A stretch of DNA of 64,000 nt from Candidatus Spongiihabitans sp. (lineage in GTDB: Bacteria; Pseudomonadota; Gammaproteobacteria; Arenicellales; Poriferihabitantaceae): assembly GCF_965247905.1 (NCBI RefSeq), contig NZ_OZ252047.1:2518845-2582844 (forward strand), given 5' to 3'. The notes under the pieces were generated by a model, which was not told the DNA's origin, searched no databases, and saw only the letters and a list, made by a program, of their open reading frames with translations. Both the position numbers and the translations under genes were made by a program. This document shows, piece after piece, positions 55,531 through 64,000 of the stretch; the stretch's first letter is position 1; each line of letters opens with the position of its first letter.

Positions 55531-56232
55531 ATGCCAGATCAATTTGAACTTATCGCCAGAGTCCGAGCCCGTTCGGGCACTAATCTGGTCAGACGATTGC
55601 GTCGTGAAGGCGATGTGCCTGCGGTTTTATACGGCGGCGATAAGGAAAATGTCCATATTGCCATCAACCATGATGTCTTGTTCCATAGTTTGGAAAAAGA
55701 AGAGTTCCATTCGGCGATTATCATTATCAACACGGACGGCAACAAGGAGCAAGCCATACTTCGGGATGTCCAACGCCATCCCCATAAAATAAGCATCCTG
55801 CATGCGGATTTTCAACGCATAGATGAAAAGAAAACTTTGACCATGTCACTACCGATTCACTTCATCGGCGAACAAGATTGTGTCGGCGTCAGAACCAGCG
55901 GCGGCATCATTTCTCACTTGATCAATGATGTGGAAATATCCTGCTTGCCGGGCGACCTGCCGGAATCCATTGAATTGGATATCACCCATCTTGATTTAAA
56001 TGAATCATTGCATCTGTCGGATATTAAACTTCCAGAAGGCGTGAGCATCACCACATTGATGCATGATGAAAACAACGAACATGATTATGCCGTGGTCTCG
56101 GTGCTGCCACCTCGCATCGAAGTTGAACCTGAGGAGGCAGTGGTCGAAGAAGAGGGACTGGAAACCGATGCGGAAGATTCAGAGAAAACAACCCCCGACG
56201 AGTCCGCCGATGACAAGTCGAGAGACGGCTAA
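55531..56232 (+). CDS. rplY: 50S ribosomal protein L25/Ctc
   Basis: RRLRREGDVPAVLYG, QRHP..ILHADFQR, CLPGDLPE. Start set at ATG 55531. Confidence 0.93.
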   Translation: MPDQFELIARVRARSGTNLVRRLRREGDVPAVLYGGDKENVHIAINHDVLFHSLEKEEFHSAIIIINTDGNKEQAILRDVQRHPHKISILHADFQRIDEKKTLTMSLPIHFIGEQDCVGVRTSGGIISHLINDVEISCLPGDLPESIELDITHLDLNESLHLSDIKLPEGVSITTLMHDENNEHDYAVVSVLPPRIEVEPEEAVVEEEGLETDAEDSEKTTPDESADDKSRDG

Positions 56233-56267
56233 CGCGGTCTGGCACCTTGCTCACCGGTGTAGAGATC

Positions 56268-56419
56268 GGGGTCAGAGTAGAAATTATTGGGGCTTTGGGC
56301 CAGGTTTTTCTGACTTCTAAAATCTTTCACTCCCAAACGCTATACAGCCATTTGTTGCATTTCTCAGGTCATCATGCAATGAATCTATTTGCTTAACAAA
56401 TAATTTCTACTCTGACCCC
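56268..56419. mobile_element. 152-bp element bounded by a perfect 21-bp inverted repeat
   Basis: GGGGTCAGAGTAGAAATTATT (56268-56288) and AATAATTTCTACTCTGACCCC (56399-56419); CTCTGACCCCTAATTGATTG is duplicated at 56410-56449. Confidence 0.6.
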
Positions 56420-56557
56420 TAATTGATTGCTCTGACCCCTAATTGATTGAAGCACGGGTGGTGGCGAGTTAAGTTGGTGACGCGCCTTCCAAATCTTTTT
56501 CCTTCAGGTGCTAAAGGCCGGAGCCCTTCGCCATGGAATAGAACTTGAAGGCAGTTA

Positions 56558-58360
56558 TCACGACATCTCCTCGACCCACTGCTTGATTTTGAGTGCCATT
56601 AGCCTGCGACGCTCGGCCAGGAAATCCTCGTAGTCGAATGAACCGCCGTCCAGCATATTATCGGGTATGCAATTGGCGGCCAGGTTGGCACGCATCTCTG
56701 CTTCATTAGTGATTCCACCATAATATTTCTTTCCGCCGTTGCACTGCTCGGCTAACGCGCGGAAGTATTCTTCGGGTGCCTTATCACCAATGGCGATGTT
56801 GATCTCGCTTTGAGCGATGACGAAGTTAGCGATCTGGTTATAACGCCCGCGATTTAATCCCTGGCGTTGCAGGTACTTGCGCGGAAAGACGTGGTGTTTG
56901 TCACCGCGGCTAATCAACAGATCGCGCACAGTAATGTCGGTTGAGAGAAAACCTTTATCCCCCAAATTCACTTGCGCTGCCTGGTAGGCGATAAAATACG
57001 GACTGATGGCCGAGGAAGTATCCATCTCCTGCAACAACATCCCGGTCCAAAAAGTGTCCGGTAACTCGTTCTCAATAACAGTCTCTGTGTAGGCTTTCAC
57101 GCCCCGGTCCGTAATCTGGCGGATGTCGACATCGAAAGTAGTTTCCGGACTACCAGAGTATCGTCCTGTCAGTACCGACATGGCATACCAGCGACGGACC
57201 ACATGCTCAATGTCATTGGCGGGCAGATTTTCTTTGCGTCCGCGCAGATAAAGAATGTAGGCAAAGTTGACGGCATTGCGACTGCGGATAAGCGCACTGG
57301 TGATGAACCCGGCCGACCGCAAAATCATAGTCAGGCGGTCAAAATGGGTCTTGCTCATAAAGGCATCAATGCCACTTTTAAGTTGGGCGAAAGACTTTTC
57401 GGTAATAGCCTCCTCGTATTCGCGAGTCTCAAAGTTGCGACCTGATAGCAGGGCAACAAGGTCCTGCAATTTGCCGCGGCCAAACTCGGATGTGAAGGCG
57501 ACGCGCAGCATATCGGTATAGGTCGGGTCATAGAGGTCGTCGTTGATGTCCTTGAGCCAGCGCATCTTCGGCAGGAATTCCGACTGCGCAAAATTTGGGT
57601 CGCCCTTCTCGATCTTGGAGAAATACTCTGGTGCTACGGCCAAGTGACAAAAATAATCAATAGCCTTGCGCAACAAGTTTCCACCGAATTTCTCGTCGAC
57701 CGCAATCTTCGACATGGCGAAGTCGGCTTGGGAAAGCACGGCACCAGCCGAGTTCACACGAATAAAGATTTCGGTAACGGTCTCAATATCGAGGTCCTCG
57801 GCCAATTCAATCAAGCCTACATGGTTATTGACTATCTTGCCTACCTTCTGCAATATTCTGCTGATGGTCTTGCGGTCTGTTGTCGGGTTCTGTGTGAAAT
57901 ACTGGTCGATCAATTCAATTAAGTCTGCATCGGGGCCGAAAAATACCGACACATCATCAATCCATGCGGCGTCCCTGGCGATGGCCGGGTTGTGCACTTC
58001 GAAACGCTCTTCGCCGGGATGAAAGGCAATACGAATGCGGACCGTCTCGTAGTCCTTGGTCAACACTTCGCGACCCAGCAATGATGCCATCAGCGCGGTT
58101 ACTCGTTGCTGACCATCAATCAAGACACGTTTGCCAGCAGAGTGTGATCCGTCCTTAAGTTTGACGGTCGGGTTACGCCAGGAGATGAGGTAGCCGACCG
58201 GATAGCCTTGATAGAGTGAGTCAAGCAAGTTGCGCACCTTGGTCGCATCCCAGACGAACGGGCGTTGAATCTCAGGTATGGCAATATCGCCGGATTTCAC
58301 CCAGGCGAGCAAAGTATCAACAGGGTGCGGGGTAACGGAATATCGTTGTGTAGCCATCAA
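56558..58360 (-). CDS. GmrSD-like (DUF262 + C-terminal HNH-like) type IV restriction protein
   Basis: [40 protein letters not shown], then DKHHVFP...NQIANF...N. Confidence 0.8.
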   Translation of the reverse strand: MMATQRYSVTPHPVDTLLAWVKSGDIAIPEIQRPFVWDATKVRNLLDSLYQGYPVGYLISWRNPTVKLKDGSHSAGKRVLIDGQQRVTALMASLLGREVLTKDYETVRIRIAFHPGEERFEVHNPAIARDAAWIDDVSVFFGPDADLIELIDQYFTQNPTTDRKTISRILQKVGKIVNNHVGLIELAEDLDIETVTEIFIRVNSAGAVLSQADFAMSKIAVDEKFGGNLLRKAIDYFCHLAVAPEYFSKIEKGDPNFAQSEFLPKMRWLKDINDDLYDPTYTDMLRVAFTSEFGRGKLQDLVALLSGRNFETREYEEAITEKSFAQLKSGIDAFMSKTHFDRLTMILRSAGFITSALIRSRNAVNFAYILYLRGRKENLPANDIEHVVRRWYAMSVLTGRYSGSPETTFDVDIRQITDRGVKAYTETVIENELPDTFWTGMLLQEMDTSSAISPYFIAYQAAQVNLGDKGFLSTDITVRDLLISRGDKHHVFPRKYLQRQGLNRGRYNQIANFVIAQSEINIAIGDKAPEEYFRALAEQCNGGKKYYGGITNEAEMRANLAANCIPDNMLDGGSFDYEDFLAERRRLMALKIKQWVEEMS

Positions 58361-58421
58361 TTAAACTCCTGCTGAATGGAAAACATGCCGATTGGTATAA
58401 TCATAACATGAAATTTTTTAC

Positions 58422-58649
58422 TTGGCTTGTTGCCAAACAAAAAATAAGGTTCAAGATACTATAAAGGATGATTTCGGAAAGCCTTCAATAGATGGCTGTA
58501 CATGGTTTCATGATAGCGGAGAGTCATACTGGACAAAGGTTTTGTGGGATAAACCAATCGCCTACAGAGATGAAGTTATAACTAATCCATCTGGCTGGTT
58601 TTCTATGAAGATTCCGGCGGATGATAAAGCGTTTATTTTTTATTACTGA
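58422..58649 (+). CDS. Short hypothetical ORF or gene fragment
   Basis: 75-aa ORF in an AT-rich stretch next to the IS; no recognisable family. Confidence 0.25.
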   Translation: MACCQTKNKVQDTIKDDFGKPSIDGCTWFHDSGESYWTKVLWDKPIAYRDEVITNPSGWFSMKIPADDKAFIFYY

Positions 58650-58651
58650 AC

Positions 58652-59368
58652 TCAAATCTGCTTTATTGGTTGTGGACGGTGCAAACCGATTGTCGACATA
58701 TGACAAAAAAAATTTTGGGGCTGTCCTAGATAACTAACCCATTGTTTCAATTGGTTTAATTGAGACTTCGGGTCACTGTTGTTAAAACGCCACTCACACT
58801 CCTTCAAAAACAGCGGAAAATGACCCCTCGGAACCCCGTTAAACTTGCGTAATTGCCGCTTCGCCTGGCTCCAAAAATTCTCAATGCCATTGATGTGATT
58901 CTGCTCGTCGGCAAACATTTTGCTATGATTAATACGCAGATGCTTAAACTCAGATACATCCAGCACATTATAACCGCGAAATGAATCGGAATAAACCACG
59001 CTGTCCGGCTTCACCTTGCGCCGAATAATCGGCATCAGGGTTTTACTCCGAGCATCGGCTATGGGCACCGCACACACCCTGCCATCTCGTTTAAGCAAGC
59101 CAAATACCGGTGCCTTGCCACTTGCCCCGCGACCGCGCTTGCCTTTGCGTTTTCCACCAAAATAACTTTCATCCACCTCAATCTCGCCGGCCATCAACCC
59201 GCCATTGTCATCGTTGCGATAAATCAGATCACGAAGACGGCGAAAATAATAACTGGCAGTCGTCTTGTTAATACCCACTAACGACGCGGCCGTTCTGGCT
59301 GTCGCACCCGCCACAAATAACTCAATTAATCGATTTTGTTTATACTGGCTTAAACGACTCTTTCTCAT
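58652..59368 (-). CDS. IS1016-type DDE transposase (reads through the right TIR)
   Basis: MRKSRLSQYKQ, EVDESYFGG, VYSDSFRGY, HINGIENFW. Confidence 0.9.
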   Translation of the reverse strand: MRKSRLSQYKQNRLIELFVAGATARTAASLVGINKTTASYYFRRLRDLIYRNDDNGGLMAGEIEVDESYFGGKRKGKRGRGASGKAPVFGLLKRDGRVCAVPIADARSKTLMPIIRRKVKPDSVVYSDSFRGYNVLDVSEFKHLRINHSKMFADEQNHINGIENFWSQAKRQLRKFNGVPRGHFPLFLKECEWRFNNSDPKSQLNQLKQWVSYLGQPQNFFCHMSTIGLHRPQPIKQI

Positions 59369-59409
59369 TCCGCTATCCTACGATAAACTTAGTTATATAG
59401 GACAGCCCC
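58717..59409 (-). mobile_element. IS1595-family (IS1016 group) insertion sequence, 693 bp
   Basis: TIRs GGGGCTGTCCTA(G/T)ATAACTAA, 20/21 identical; contains a transposase. Confidence 0.92.
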
Positions 59410-59479
59410 TAAAATTATAAAAAATAACTTCTATGCTGATACAATTATACTTTTATATGAATTGAGCGCATGAAATAAA

Positions 59480-60181
59480 ATGGAGCAGGCAGGAATTGCG
59501 CTGATTGCGGGGTTGGGAAACCCCGGCAATCGCTACGCCGCAACCCGACACAATGTTGGGTTTTGGTTGCTTGAGCGGTTGCAACGCACCTACCCGATTA
59601 CCTTCGCCACAGAAAAAAAATTCAAGGCGCAAACCGGCCGATTCGAATGTAACGGCAGGCACGTTCGCATCATTGCGCCTGATATTTTCATGAATCTAAG
59701 CGGACAATCCATTGCGCCGATGGCATCATTTTATCGCATCGCGCCAGCGCAAATACTGGTCATTCACGACGAACTCGATCTGCCGCCGGGTAGCGCGCGA
59801 TTAAAAATTGGCGGGGGACATGGCGGTCACAACGGTTTGCGCGACCTTGTTTCCAAACTTGGCGCATCGGATTTTTTAAGGATGCGAATCGGTATAGGGC
59901 ATCCCGGCATCAATCTTCCTGGCGTCAATCAAGATGTTTCGGGCTATGTGCTGAACAAACCACCGTCAAGTGAGCAAACACTGATCGAGGATGCGATTGA
60001 CAAGGCAATTGGCGTTTTGCCCGATGTGGTGTGCGGGAACTATCAAAAAGCGATGAATCAGTTACACAGCGAAGCGGAAAAAGATAACCTTGGGAAAGAT
60101 AAAATCGGCACAGACAAAATTGAAAAAGCCAAAGTTAAAAAAGATGAACTTGACGAGGGCGATAATATTGAACGGCGCTAA
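59480..60181 (+). CDS. pth: Peptidyl-tRNA hydrolase
   Basis: [34 protein letters not shown]. Confidence 0.96.
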   Translation: MEQAGIALIAGLGNPGNRYAATRHNVGFWLLERLQRTYPITFATEKKFKAQTGRFECNGRHVRIIAPDIFMNLSGQSIAPMASFYRIAPAQILVIHDELDLPPGSARLKIGGGHGGHNGLRDLVSKLGASDFLRMRIGIGHPGINLPGVNQDVSGYVLNKPPSSEQTLIEDAIDKAIGVLPDVVCGNYQKAMNQLHSEAEKDNLGKDKIGTDKIEKAKVKKDELDEGDNIERR

Positions 60182-61287
60182 TGGGCATTAAATGCGGCAT
60201 TGTCGGCTTGCCCAATGTCGGCAAATCAACGTTGTTCAACGCGCTGACTCGGTCGAACAGCGCGCAAGCCGCTAACTATCCTTTTTGCACCATCGAACCC
60301 AATGTCGGGATGGTGGAGATGCCTGATTCTCGGTTGTCGAATTTGGCAAAAATTGCCGAATCGCAAAAAGCAGTCCCGGCCACCATCGAATTTGTTGACA
60401 TCGCCGGATTGGTTGCCGGCGCCTCCAAAGGCGAAGGATTGGGCAATCGATTCCTGACCCACATCCGGGAAGTGGACGCCATCGCCCATGTTGTTCGTGG
60501 ATTTGAAGATCCGAATATTGCTCACGTATCAAATGCCGGATCGAATGCTATTGATCCAGCGGCGGATATTGAAACCATCAATACCGAGTTAATGCTGGCC
60601 GACCTGGAAACTGCTGAAAAAGCGTTGCAGCGGGCACAGAAAGGCAGTAAATCCGGTGACAAAGAACAGCTCGCCATGATAGCGTTATTGTCCACGGTGA
60701 AATCTCATCTGGATGGCGGCAATACGCTGGCTTCACTGAAACTTGCCAAAGAGCATCTGAAATTATTAAAACCGCTGTGCTTTCTGACCATCAAGCCGAC
60801 TTTATACATTGCAAATGTTAGTGATCGTGGTTTTCAAAACAATCCCCATCTTGATGCGGTAAATAAAATAGCCGAGCAAGAATCCGCGCAAGTGGTCGCC
60901 ATTTGCGCGGCTATTGAACAGGAACTCTCCGAGCTCAGTGATGACGATGCCGTAATATTTCTTGAGGAAATGGGGCTTGAACAAGCCGGACTTAATCGGG
61001 TAATTCGGGCCGGTTATTCATTGCTTGGGATGCAAACTTATTTTACCGCGGGACCTAAAGAAGCTCGCGCATGGACTGTCAAAATCGGAGCGACCGCGCC
61101 GCAGGCCGCCGGGGTTATTCATAGCGATTTTGAACGCGGATTCATCTGCGCCGAAACCATCGCCTATCAAGACTTTATAAAATATAATGGCGAACAAGGC
61201 GCCAAAGAATCAGGTCGCCTGCGTTTGGAAGGGAAAAAATATATTATTCAGGACGGCGACGTGGTGCATTTTCGTTTTAATGTTTAG
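60181..61287 (+). CDS. ychF: Obg-like ATPase YchF
   Basis: [33 protein letters not shown]. Confidence 0.97.
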   Translation: MGIKCGIVGLPNVGKSTLFNALTRSNSAQAANYPFCTIEPNVGMVEMPDSRLSNLAKIAESQKAVPATIEFVDIAGLVAGASKGEGLGNRFLTHIREVDAIAHVVRGFEDPNIAHVSNAGSNAIDPAADIETINTELMLADLETAEKALQRAQKGSKSGDKEQLAMIALLSTVKSHLDGGNTLASLKLAKEHLKLLKPLCFLTIKPTLYIANVSDRGFQNNPHLDAVNKIAEQESAQVVAICAAIEQELSELSDDDAVIFLEEMGLEQAGLNRVIRAGYSLLGMQTYFTAGPKEARAWTVKIGATAPQAAGVIHSDFERGFICAETIAYQDFIKYNGEQGAKESGRLRLEGKKYIIQDGDVVHFRFNV

Positions 61288-61482
61288 CATCCAGACAAGA
61301 CGGGCAAGACCATATCTCTAAGTTACGAAAAAATAGAATCGGCGCTGGATGAATACCTCGAACCGGCGCTTTCAACCCGGCGCACCTCCGAAGCGCCGGC
61401 TCGCGGTTTAACCACGCTCCCTCTGAAGCAACAAAAGTTTGCGCTGCATTGGACCGACGTTATCCGTAAGTCCAACGCCGAA

Positions 61483-63426
61483 ATGGCTTATCAATTTGTA
61501 AGCCATGTTCCATTTGCCTTAAAGCTTATGAATCTGGACGGAACACATCAGTGGCTGTTGCACGCTATGGATATTTACGACAAGGAAGGGTTGTATCCCG
61601 GTAGTGCGGCCCTTGGAAACATCGAGCAATTCGCCAGAGAATATCGATTAAGCCACATCACTGTAACCCTGGAACAGGTTCGCGGCGTCCTCGAAACCAT
61701 CCTCTGCGGCTTGAGCGGGCGAAACTTAAAAATAGAAGCAGGCAACCGTATTTTCACCGATACCGAAACCTTGTATCTGCCGGTTGCGATAAACCGATTT
61801 AACGAGCGCGAAAAAAACTATCAACTGTACAAGGTTACGGCAGTTCACGTATGGGCACAAACCTGGTTTGGCACCTTCAAGCGACCAACGCCGGATGCGC
61901 CGCACTTGAGCGAGATCATAGGGAATTTTTCCGATAGCGGGCGCGCGCTCAAACTGTTTAACCTGTTGGAGACTTTTCGATTGAACGCCTGCCTGCATCG
62001 CGAACTTCCGGGACTTGGCCGGGAAATGCTCGAACTGCATACCCCGCCGCCGGTGCATGATGCAACCTGGGAAAAGATGATACGCACTCTGGAAGCGTCG
62101 CAAGCGACGGTAATTGAAACATTGGCGGCAACAACGCAACTTTATCATCGGCAACTTGCCTGGCCCGACGCTTTTTTATATCAGGGTGGCTTTAACCTGA
62201 ATGCCGCTGAACTGACTATCGACCAGCGCATCGAACTCGAAAAATCGCAATTGCAAGCGGCGTTGAACGCGATCGTCGAAGCGCAACGCGATGCCGCCGA
62301 TGACGATGACGACGCGGCGCGCGCGCAAAATGTGGACGCGAATGTGGAAGCGAACCAAGATGAAAACGGCGCGGCGCAACTGACGCTGGACGGCGAGCCG
62401 TTGTTCCTGCCGCCCGACACAGGCCGCCTGTTGTCGTCCCTGCTTCAGGATTTCGATAATATTCCGGAACACTGGCTGGTGCCGGCCGGCGATGGAGATG
62501 ATGCGCAAAACAAAAATAAAGCCGAGGATGCGTGGCCAGACGATCGCCGCGAACCAGGCGCATTCTTATACGATGAATGGGATTTCCGCCGGCAAGCCTA
62601 TCGAAAAAACTGGTGCGTGTTGCGGGAAATGACGACCGCTCCCATTTACGATGATTTTCCGGAAAACACCTTGCAGCGCTATGTTCATCTGGTTGGCGAT
62701 ATTAGAAAGCATTTTGAAGTGTTGCGTGGAGAAGACAAAATACTTAAAGCGCAACCCATCGGCGATAACATCGACCTGGACGCATTGGTCACCGCGCACA
62801 CCGATATGCAGACCGGTGTTGAGATGACCGATCGCCTGTATACGCATCGGCGAAAGCAGGAGCGTGATCTGGCGGTTATCTTTATGGTGGATGTCAGCGG
62901 ATCGACCAAAGGCTGGATCAATGATGCTGAGCGGGAAAGCCTGATCTTGCTCTGTCAGGCACTGGAGATACTGGGTGATCAATATGCAATTTACGGATTC
63001 TCAGGCATGACCCGTAATCGTTGCGAGGTCTATAAAATCAAGACCTTTGAACAGAATTATGATAAAGACGTGCGCGCCCGCATCAGTGGACTTCGACCGC
63101 AGGACTATACCCGCATGGGCGTAACCATTCGCCACCTGACCGGTATTCTCAACCAGGTTGAGGCAAAAACCCGAATCCTGATCACCCTGTCCGATGGCAA
63201 GCCGGACGATTATGACGGCTACCGCGGCGATTACGGCATAGAGGACACGCGACAAGCCTTGCTGGAGGCGCGCCATACTGGCGTGCATCCGTTCTGCATC
63301 ACCATTGATACCGAAGCCAGCGACTACCTGCCGCACATGTATGGCCATGCGAGTTTTGTGGTGGTCGATGAAGTGCGCAAACTGCCGTTAAAGGTGGCGG
63401 ACATTTACCGTCGGCTGACTACATGA
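61483..63426 (+). CDS. NorD/CbbO-type vWA-domain adaptor (frame open from 61288)
   Basis: YDEWDF, GDNIDLDA, MIDAS-like MVDVSGST, DYTRMG, LSDGKPDDYD, PFCITID. Confidence 0.85.
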   Translation: MAYQFVSHVPFALKLMNLDGTHQWLLHAMDIYDKEGLYPGSAALGNIEQFAREYRLSHITVTLEQVRGVLETILCGLSGRNLKIEAGNRIFTDTETLYLPVAINRFNEREKNYQLYKVTAVHVWAQTWFGTFKRPTPDAPHLSEIIGNFSDSGRALKLFNLLETFRLNACLHRELPGLGREMLELHTPPPVHDATWEKMIRTLEASQATVIETLAATTQLYHRQLAWPDAFLYQGGFNLNAAELTIDQRIELEKSQLQAALNAIVEAQRDAADDDDDAARAQNVDANVEANQDENGAAQLTLDGEPLFLPPDTGRLLSSLLQDFDNIPEHWLVPAGDGDDAQNKNKAEDAWPDDRREPGAFLYDEWDFRRQAYRKNWCVLREMTTAPIYDDFPENTLQRYVHLVGDIRKHFEVLRGEDKILKAQPIGDNIDLDALVTAHTDMQTGVEMTDRLYTHRRKQERDLAVIFMVDVSGSTKGWINDAERESLILLCQALEILGDQYAIYGFSGMTRNRCEVYKIKTFEQNYDKDVRARISGLRPQDYTRMGVTIRHLTGILNQVEAKTRILITLSDGKPDDYDGYRGDYGIEDTRQALLEARHTGVHPFCITIDTEASDYLPHMYGHASFVVVDEVRKLPLKVADIYRRLTT

Positions 63427-63466
63427 GAATGTAAAGCATGAGAATGTAAAGCATGAGAATGCAAAG
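63422..63466. repeat. Tandem repeat, 15 bp x3, over the vWA gene stop
   Basis: CATGAGAATG(T/C)AAAG x3. Confidence 0.9.
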
Positions 63467-63493
63467 CGCGAAAATACAAGGCGCGAAAAATTA

Positions 63494-64000
63494 ATGCCGC
63501 AGTCCAAATCGACCGATGTAAAAACCCTGGGCGTGCTGATTAACAATCTTGGCACGCCAGATTCCGCGTCGATCAATGATGTGAAAAAATTCCTGAAGGA
63601 ATTTCTGTGGGATTCTAGAGTAGTGAAAATGGCGCGCCCGCTGTGGTGGCTTGTTTTGAATATGATCATTCTCAACACCCGACCTAAAAAATCCGCGGCG
63701 GCTTATCAAAAAGTATGGACTGAACACGGCTCGCCGTTGCTGGCGATTTCGAAAAAACAAACCGACTTGATTCGACAAACCCTGCATGAAGCGAATGCCT
63801 ATGCGCCGGCAAACATACGCGTGGAACTTGGCATGCGTTACGGCAATCCATCCATCGAGGAAGGCTTGAATAATCTGCGCGACGGCGGCGCGACCCGGTT
63901 TTTAATTGTTCCGCTGTATCCGCAATTTTCGTTCACAACCACGGCCTCGGTCGAGGACGAGGTTATCAGGGTCCTGCAAAAATGGGAATGGCGAGGGCAG
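63494..64000 (+). CDS. hemH: Ferrochelatase (3'-truncated by window edge)
   Basis: Own translation: GVLINNLGTPD, FLKEFLWDSRVV, SAAAYQKVW..GSPL, MRYGNPSI, PLYPQFS. Confidence 0.92.
   Translation, partial: MPQSKSTDVKTLGVLINNLGTPDSASINDVKKFLKEFLWDSRVVKMARPLWWLVLNMIILNTRPKKSAAAYQKVWTEHGSPLLAISKKQTDLIRQTLHEANAYAPANIRVELGMRYGNPSIEEGLNNLRDGGATRFLIVPLYPQFSFTTTASVEDEVIRVLQKWEWRGQ

Noticed and set aside
56450-56557. Possible gene remnant downstream of the GmrSD-like gene
   Set aside because: Short peptide-like frames, but no family could be recognised.
58709-59417. Target-site duplication for the IS1016 element
   Set aside because: Flanks AAAATTTT and TAAAATTA are similar only through AT richness and are not a direct repeat.

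Overview
Chromosomal window from a Gammaproteobacterium-like bacterium; the exact taxon cannot be fixed from sequence alone. It is mostly housekeeping genes: rpoE-rseAB, recJ, hom, msrA, rlmB, rnr, pntAB, hisG, gabD, purA, hflKC, glnA, argC, yggS-proC-yggT, ampG, pyrE, glnK, csrA, lysC, alaS, recA-recX, prs-rplY-pth-ychF and the start of hemH. It also has three tRNAs (Arg-ACG, Ser-GCT, Gln-TTG) and a methylated-amine cluster (GlxA-type regulator, MttB-family methyltransferase, dimethylglycine-dehydrogenase-like protein). Non-housekeeping structure: (1) four copies of a ~300-bp non-autonomous element with TGT...ACA ends, which keeps a frameshifted integrase-core C-terminus (probably IS481-derived) and carries an inverted REP-like doublet that also occurs on its own; (2) pervasive 11-20-bp tandem micro-duplications that often copy start codons, stop codons, an RBS or a tRNA 5' end, and that expand protein tails such as CsrA; (3) a ~3.2-kb island splitting rplY from pth, with a GmrSD-like gene, a 152-bp IR-bounded element and an IS1016-group IS; (4) an internally deleted BrnT toxin beside an intact BrnA antitoxin; (5) a (GTTTA)9 repeat just upstream of recA. 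No CRISPR array, rRNA or prophage is visible. All family assignments come from motif recognition, not database searches.
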